64,000 bases of DNA, taken from NCBI GenBank assembly GCA_965223425.1, contig OZ245003.1, positions 2,176,001 through 2,240,000 on the forward strand, given 5' to 3'. A program made the translations under genes and the position numbers. This document shows positions 58,424-64,000 of the stretch, one piece after another (positions within the stretch are counted from its first letter, which is position 1; each line of letters opens with the position of its first letter). The notes beneath the pieces are model-generated. The model saw nothing but the letters and a program-made list of their open reading frames with translations, searched no databases and was not told the origin of the DNA. Source of the DNA: Nitrosopumilus sp. Its GTDB lineage: Archaea > Thermoproteota > Nitrososphaeria > Nitrososphaerales > Nitrosopumilaceae.

Positions 58424-58682
58424 ATGGAAGCCTGCACTAAAGACAGTTAATGTCTCAGAGAAGGGGCAGATTACAATTCCTCGGGAAATTCAAACGTTGT
58501 TGGGAATAAAAAAAGGAGACAGGCTTGTACTTGCAACAAAAAACAAAAAGCTTTTGATTCAAAAGGCTGCAAATTTGGAAAAACAGATGGAATCTGATTT
58601 CAAGGACTTGTTAAAACTATCTGAGGAGACTGCAAAAGAAATGTGGGGCAATAAAGATGACAAAATATGGAATAAGGTTTAG
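58424..58682 (+). pseudogene. AbrB/MazE/SpoVT-type antitoxin-like gene, apparently frameshifted at the 5' end
   Basis: LKTVNVSEKGQITIPREIQTLLGIKKGDRL is out of frame with ATG 58424 and has no in-frame upstream start. Confidence 0.7.
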
Positions 58683-58745
58683 GCTAGTGTAAAACATACA
58701 ACAGGCATTGCAATTAATAAAAAAACACTACAAAAATCCCAATAA

Positions 58746-59899
58746 TAGTGATGCCATAGTTAGCACATTAAATAATTGAACATTTTCACAGGCAGGATCT
58801 CCTTTCTGGCAAACAGCTTGCGTACTGACTGCTCCATCTCATCTAGCGTGCCAAACACCTTTGCAGACAGTACCCGTTTTATCACCCTCCACTGCATCTC
58901 AATGGGATTAAGCTCCGGCGTGTACGGCAGCAGGTACTCCAGAACTATCTCGCCGTTGTATCTTTCCAGAAACTCCTTTACCTTTTTGGATTTGTGATAT
59001 GACGCATTGTCTACAAACAGCAGCACCTTGCCGAATCTTTTGTGAACCCGTTCCAAAAAGTTGCAAAAGCTGTCGCTGTTTGACTTTTCATAAAACATAA
59101 AGTAAAATGCGTTTGCCGCCAAAGCTCCAAAGATGTATCTTCTTTCGCGTGACAAAACAGAGGGGGATGTGGCGCGCTTGCCGCGCCTTCTCCACCCGTA
59201 GCCGGGCCTGTTTGATGCCTTTTGAATCGAGGATGCATCGCCGGCCAGTACGGTGTATCCCTGCGCCGACTTTTCTGCAACGAGTTTTTTTGCCCGCTCC
59301 TGAAACTCTTTTTGCTTTCTTTTTGAGGCTGATCTTGGGTTTTTTGGACGCGCCTTGCTCCACGAAAAGCCCATCTCCCTGACCAGCTGCAGCGCGCCTG
59401 TCTTGCTGTACTGCACGCCGAACTTTTTCTTGATGTGCAGCCTTACCAGGTTGGAATCCCACAGGCTGCTCTCAAAGCCGCATGATTCCGGCCCCGCATC
59501 CAGGTCTGCTGCAAGCTGTCTTGCCTGCGGCCCGCCTATCAGGTGCTTTCGTCCCCTGCCGCTGCGCTCGAACCTTGCGCGTATTCCCTCGTCCTGTGCG
59601 CGGTTGAGCCATGCAGATATGGTGGACTTGGGCCTTCCCAGCATCCTTCCAATCCTGTCTAGCGGCACGCCGTCCTTGCGCTGCATGTACGCAAGCAGCC
59701 TGTCGCGCCTTCTGGGATCGGTCTCTTTTTTGTATGCCCTTTTGAGGTCTGCAACGGCCGGTGTTTGGCAGAAATTTTGCCCCCCTTGCAACCTGTCTCT
59801 TTTTTTGTTTGTACATGCAGTGTGTGCGGTATGGCCGGTCTTGGATCTTTTGGCCAAAAATAATTGTCAAAATGGTTCAGGTTTTTTATGTACTTACTA
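58746..59899 (-). mobile_element. Second type of IS630-family element (ends approximate, TA-flanked)
   Basis: Imperfect ends TAGTGATGCCATA / TATGTACTTACTA; GC-rich interior. Confidence 0.75.
58760..59857 (-). CDS. IS630-family transposase
   Basis: HTH, GDASS, VDNASYH and YTPELNPIE motifs. Confidence 0.93.
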   Translation of the reverse strand: MAKRSKTGHTAHTACTNKKRDRLQGGQNFCQTPAVADLKRAYKKETDPRRRDRLLAYMQRKDGVPLDRIGRMLGRPKSTISAWLNRAQDEGIRARFERSGRGRKHLIGGPQARQLAADLDAGPESCGFESSLWDSNLVRLHIKKKFGVQYSKTGALQLVREMGFSWSKARPKNPRSASKRKQKEFQERAKKLVAEKSAQGYTVLAGDASSIQKASNRPGYGWRRRGKRATSPSVLSRERRYIFGALAANAFYFMFYEKSNSDSFCNFLERVHKRFGKVLLFVDNASYHKSKKVKEFLERYNGEIVLEYLLPYTPELNPIEMQWRVIKRVLSAKVFGTLDEMEQSVRKLFARKEILPVKMFNYLMC

Positions 59900-59916
59900 C
59901 AGTAAACCGATTGTAC

Positions 59917-60336
59917 TTAGTTTTGAGAAATCTTCAAGATTGCATCCCAGATTTGTTTTGGCACTGGCATCACAGATAATCTTGAAATTCTAATTAATTC
60001 CCAATCTCTGAATTTTTTTTCTTTTTTCATTTCATCAAGTGTCACTGGACGTTTCAATGTTTTTTTGTATTTAACGTCCACAACAATAAAGCGTTCATTG
60101 TCTTCCTTTGGATTTGGATAGGGTTTTGAAGTAACTTGCATAATGCCAACAGCTTGTCTTTCATCACCGGTATGATAAAACAAGACAAGATCTCCAGGTT
60201 TCATTTCTCTCATGTGTTTTAATGCAAGATTATTGTGGATTCCGTCCCAAACTGTTGTTTTTTCTTTTTTTAGTCGTTCAAAATTATATCCTCTGGGTCC
60301 GCTAGGTTCTTGTTTTGCTAACCAGTAATTTGCCAT
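59917..60336 (-). CDS. EVE-domain protein
   Basis: MANYWLAKQEP...WDGIHN...MKPGDLVLFYH...SRLSVMPV. Confidence 0.92.
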   Translation of the reverse strand: MANYWLAKQEPSGPRGYNFERLKKEKTTVWDGIHNNLALKHMREMKPGDLVLFYHTGDERQAVGIMQVTSKPYPNPKEDNERFIVVDVKYKKTLKRPVTLDEMKKEKKFRDWELIRISRLSVMPVPKQIWDAILKISQN

Positions 60337-60569
60337 TTTCAGTTTTCTGTATTTGCATGGATGTTTTATGTTTTTGAATTGTCCCCCGGTTCTGACTCGC
60401 ACAAGATCATTGGTATTTAGCCAAAACCTCCTTGGGTTCTAAAACCGGGGCGCCCTCAATGTGCCATGCCTGGGTGAATTGGAAATCATTGGTATCATTA
60501 CGATCGACATCATCCCAATCCGTCTGCATGGTTGCTCTTAGGGCATACAGTATTCTACTTGGTCAAATA

Positions 60570-62198
60570 TTAATCAGGTAGTTTCACTTCAAAAGAAACT
60601 ATTGGCTCTCTAAGCTTAAAGTTGTCTTTGGTGGACTTGCTGATTTTGCCAACGATTCCGACAGCCTTTCCATCAATGGTGATGCTGGCAACGTGTCCCT
60701 TTTCAAAAGTTGGGTGAGCGGCAGTTTTAGTCTCGCAGGTTTTTCCAAATATTGATTGGACGGCAGACTGTAAGACAGATTTTATTTCACTAAAGTTTGC
60801 ATCTTTATGTGAACTTGCTGCACAAAGATGCGCTTCTTCGGCAATAGGATCGGATTTAGCAAAAACAGTTCCTATCTCAAACAATTTTTGCGGATATGAT
60901 TCATGAATATTTTTTGCCAGACTGTCAACTATTCCCGGAAGTAACGAATCTCTAAGAATCGTATGCTCAAGACTCTTAGAGTCCAAGACTGAGATAATTT
61001 TTGACGGGTCTCTTTGCGTATTGTCATAAAGGGTTCGCTTGCTTGCCAAGCTGGAGTTTAGTGCTTCCATGTAGCCTAACCCAGTCATCATAGAAGAGAT
61101 TGATTCCAGAGTAATCGAGTTTGGATGCTTTTGTCCAAGTGTTTGAGAAGGAGATAATGTGGGTTCAAGATTCTGAATTCCATAACCCAACGCAACTTCT
61201 TCTACCAAGTCCATTGGTCCAAAAATATCAAATCTATATGCGGGAATTGTGCAAATGATGCTGTTCTTGCCTTTGACTGATGCATCTAACCTAGATTTTT
61301 TCAGCGATGAAGCAATCTTAGAAGTGCTGAGATTCAAGCCCAGAGTTTGGTTGATCAGGACAGGATTTACAGACATTTTGTTTTGTTCAAGTTTTGGTGA
61401 AGAGTTCTTTGCACCAGAAATTCTAACTGATTCTAAAGTAAAACCTGCGCTTTGTAAAATAGTTGCAACGACTGAAAGCATGTCTTCAGCGTCCCCTTTA
61501 TTGATGCCAGTTACCTCAACGAACAGGTTTTTTGTTTTAGTTGTAACAGCAGTTACTGCTGCGTTAATTATTGGGGGAAAAGAGACGGCGTTTTGCTTTG
61601 CATCTAAAATTATAGGTACCTGGGCAGAATTTCCAAGTATAGAGCCATAATCCTTTCCCACATCAGTATTTTTTAGGATCTCAGATATTGAAAGTTCTTT
61701 GCCAGAGTTTAATGGAGTGAATTTGTAATTCCTATTAGTGGTTTTGTAAACTAGAGGAAAAGCAATCTTGTCTAAATCATGAATCCCTATTGATGATTTC
61801 TTTCTCTTTCTTCCCATTCCAAAATGAAGATCTTCCTGCAGAGTCATAAACTGGCTGATTGTTTTATCATCAATTTTTCCATTTTTAGCTACAATGCCAG
61901 TTACAAAGGGACGGATTTTCGATACATCGGACTTGACAGATATCAGATATTGGTTTGATTTTTTGACGTTGAGTTTAATTGCTCCGGTTTTGACTCGTAG
62001 CAATCCTTGCAATCCGAGTGCAATTCCAAAATCAGTTGAATAGTCAGGTCTGTTTGGACTGTATTCAATTCGGACCAGGTCTTTGTCTTCAGATTCGATA
62101 TCCAATCCAAGAAATGGCAGCATGTCAGAAATTTCTTTTTTTGTGACTCTGCCGACCAGTTTTTGAAGTCTGGTGTAAGATAATTCAACTACTGGCAT
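60570..62198 (-). CDS. pheT: Phenylalanine--tRNA ligase beta subunit
   Basis: PNRPDY, QEDLH, DLVEEVALGYG and LRDSLLPG motifs; start set at MPVV. Confidence 0.95.
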   Translation of the reverse strand: MPVVELSYTRLQKLVGRVTKKEISDMLPFLGLDIESEDKDLVRIEYSPNRPDYSTDFGIALGLQGLLRVKTGAIKLNVKKSNQYLISVKSDVSKIRPFVTGIVAKNGKIDDKTISQFMTLQEDLHFGMGRKRKKSSIGIHDLDKIAFPLVYKTTNRNYKFTPLNSGKELSISEILKNTDVGKDYGSILGNSAQVPIILDAKQNAVSFPPIINAAVTAVTTKTKNLFVEVTGINKGDAEDMLSVVATILQSAGFTLESVRISGAKNSSPKLEQNKMSVNPVLINQTLGLNLSTSKIASSLKKSRLDASVKGKNSIICTIPAYRFDIFGPMDLVEEVALGYGIQNLEPTLSPSQTLGQKHPNSITLESISSMMTGLGYMEALNSSLASKRTLYDNTQRDPSKIISVLDSKSLEHTILRDSLLPGIVDSLAKNIHESYPQKLFEIGTVFAKSDPIAEEAHLCAASSHKDANFSEIKSVLQSAVQSIFGKTCETKTAAHPTFEKGHVASITIDGKAVGIVGKISKSTKDNFKLREPIVSFEVKLPD

Positions 62199-63577
62199 TT
62201 TCTGGCACTCCTCAGCCAACTCAGGTTGTTATTGTAAAATTCCCTAACATCATCAAGGCCATACTTTAACATGGCGATTCTTTCAATACCGCCACCCCAT
62301 GCCAGAACAGGTTTGGCGATACCAAGGGGTTGGGTCACTTCGGGTCTAAAAATTCCCATTCCAAATAATTCTACCCACTTTCCCAGTCTTTCATTGTACA
62401 CCATAGTTTGCAGTGATGGTTCTGTATACGGAAAAAATGTTGGCCAGAATTTTATTTTTGTAATTCCAATTCGTTTATAGAACTCCCGTTGAATTCCCAT
62501 TAAATTTCTCAAGTTAGCATCCTTTCCTGCAACAACCCCTTCAATTTGATTAAATTCCACAAGATGCTTGTAGCTGACTTTTTCATTTCTAAACACACGA
62601 CCCAATGAAAAAACTCTGGCCTCATCAGGTTTGGCTTCAGCCAGATGTTTGATGGTGACACAGGTTGTATGTGTTCGTAGAACCATCTTTTGCGCCTCAT
62701 TGATATCCCAATGATATCTCCAACTGCTTTTGTGGGATTCTGAAACTTTTCTAATCTGCGCAGGGGTCGCAATTTTTTTGGCAGACATGCCATCAAGATA
62801 AAATGTATCTTGTAATTCTCTTGCAGGGTGATCTTGGGGGGTAAATAGCGCATCAAAATTCCAAAAGCTCGGTTGAGCCAGATTGCCATTGATTTCAGAG
62901 AATCCCAACGTAACAAATATTTCACGAATTTCCTCAATAGTGTCTTTTAATGGATGGGTTCTTGCAACAAAAACTTCAGGTACCTTTGCTTCAACGTCTA
63001 TTGCCCCGGTAGATTCTAAAAGTTTTATTGATTTTGCAGAATCAGTTAGAGTGATTTCTTTGGTCTTTACAATGTCTTCAGTTATAAAATCAGGTCTTTT
63101 CAAAAGTCCCGATAAATCACTCCTGTCAATTTTTTCTCGAGGAAGTTTATTTTCTCCAATTTGTTTGAGGGTTTTTTCGCCTGGAAGTTCTGATGGTGAA
63201 TTCTTAAGTGTGATTTGTTCTGACGATGCTTCAACCCAATTGTTTTTTCTAGCCAAACCCATAGCAGCTCCAAAAACAGGGCCCAGTTCTTTTTGCAAGT
63301 CAGATAATTTGCCAGGACTGTCTTTGAGTAAATCTAGCAGTCGTCTTTCAGGTAGTCCTTTTTGCAAAGATTCAAGACCGTTTTTGCCCAAGCTGATGAT
63401 ACTGGCTTTTGACTCGTTGACAATTGCCAGATCTTTTAGTTTTAGCCATTCAATTCCACGTCTAATCTGATCTGAGGAAAGTTTTGTAGATTTTTCAAGA
63501 GTTTCAGGTGTCTGTTTCGGATTATCCTTTAGCGAGGCGATAATTTTTTTTTCAATATCATGAAAAACTTGTGACAA
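62189..63577 (-). CDS. pheS: Phenylalanine--tRNA ligase alpha subunit
   Basis: HPARELQDTF, LRTHTT and FFPYTEPS motifs. Confidence 0.97.
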   Translation of the reverse strand: MSQVFHDIEKKIIASLKDNPKQTPETLEKSTKLSSDQIRRGIEWLKLKDLAIVNESKASIISLGKNGLESLQKGLPERRLLDLLKDSPGKLSDLQKELGPVFGAAMGLARKNNWVEASSEQITLKNSPSELPGEKTLKQIGENKLPREKIDRSDLSGLLKRPDFITEDIVKTKEITLTDSAKSIKLLESTGAIDVEAKVPEVFVARTHPLKDTIEEIREIFVTLGFSEINGNLAQPSFWNFDALFTPQDHPARELQDTFYLDGMSAKKIATPAQIRKVSESHKSSWRYHWDINEAQKMVLRTHTTCVTIKHLAEAKPDEARVFSLGRVFRNEKVSYKHLVEFNQIEGVVAGKDANLRNLMGIQREFYKRIGITKIKFWPTFFPYTEPSLQTMVYNERLGKWVELFGMGIFRPEVTQPLGIAKPVLAWGGGIERIAMLKYGLDDVREFYNNNLSWLRSARKCQ

Positions 63578-63627
63578 CAGTAAAAGTTCGAAAAAGACTT
63601 TTTAAACCTTAACCTAAGTCAATTTGA

Positions 63628-64000
63628 ATGTCATCTGATGACTTTATTGTAACCCCTTGGCATGTCGAAGGGGATATCGATTATGATAAATTGATCAAGA
63701 AATTCGGTACTGAAAAGATTTCGTCAGGGCTGCAAGACAGGATCAGGAAAAGTGCCGGCGAGGACCATTTCATGCTGAGGAGAGGCATTTTCTTCTCCCA
63801 CAGAGAAATGAACAGGATTCTTGATGATTATGAAAAAGGTGACAAATTCTTTCTATACACTGGAAGAGGGCCTTCTGGACATACTCATATTGGCCATTTG
63901 GTGCCATGGGTTTTTACAAAGTGGCTACAAGAAAAATTTGATGTCAACATGTATTTTCAAATAACAGATGATGAAAAATTTTATTCAAAACCCAATCTAA
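63628..64000 (+). CDS. trpS: Tryptophan--tRNA ligase (3' partial)
   Basis: VTPW..EGDIDYDKLI, YTGRGPSG.THIGH and QITDDEK motifs. Confidence 0.93.
   Translation, partial: MSSDDFIVTPWHVEGDIDYDKLIKKFGTEKISSGLQDRIRKSAGEDHFMLRRGIFFSHREMNRILDDYEKGDKFFLYTGRGPSGHTHIGHLVPWVFTKWLQEKFDVNMYFQITDDEKFYSKPNL

Noticed and set aside
60407-60529. 40-aa ORF with short direct and inverted repeats between pheT and the EVE gene
   Set aside because: No motif and repeats too short to support a call

Overview
AT-rich archaeal chromosome segment from a Nitrosopumilaceae-type thaumarchaeote. The housekeeping backbone includes uppS, pyrF, purA/purB, Sua5/THUMP/Ubl-Cgi121, rps17e, a histone, AIPR, thiL, rps11, rtcB, valS, pdxS/T, aconitase, pheS/T, trpS and three tRNAs. 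The giant repeat-rich surface proteins and high IS load suggest, but do not prove, a host-associated (e.g. sponge) symbiont. GC-rich insertions interrupt the backbone. The most striking is an 11.2-kb element (9618..20856) bounded by 14-bp perfect terminal inverted repeats and an 8-bp target duplication. It has no cognate transposase, carries a 2108-aa modular surface-protein gene, has a stack of three MITE-like hairpins at its right end, and hosts a nested IS5/IS66/ISH3 stack. A second giant gene (2872 aa) shares its ~190-nt 5' leader, which contains a length-variable poly-G tract and uORF, and its PKD modules. It is followed by an orphan copy of the first gene's 3' end. Together these suggest a mobile, shuffled and possibly phase-variable adhesin-cassette system. 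Coordinates were read by eye and product calls rest on motif recognition, not database searches.
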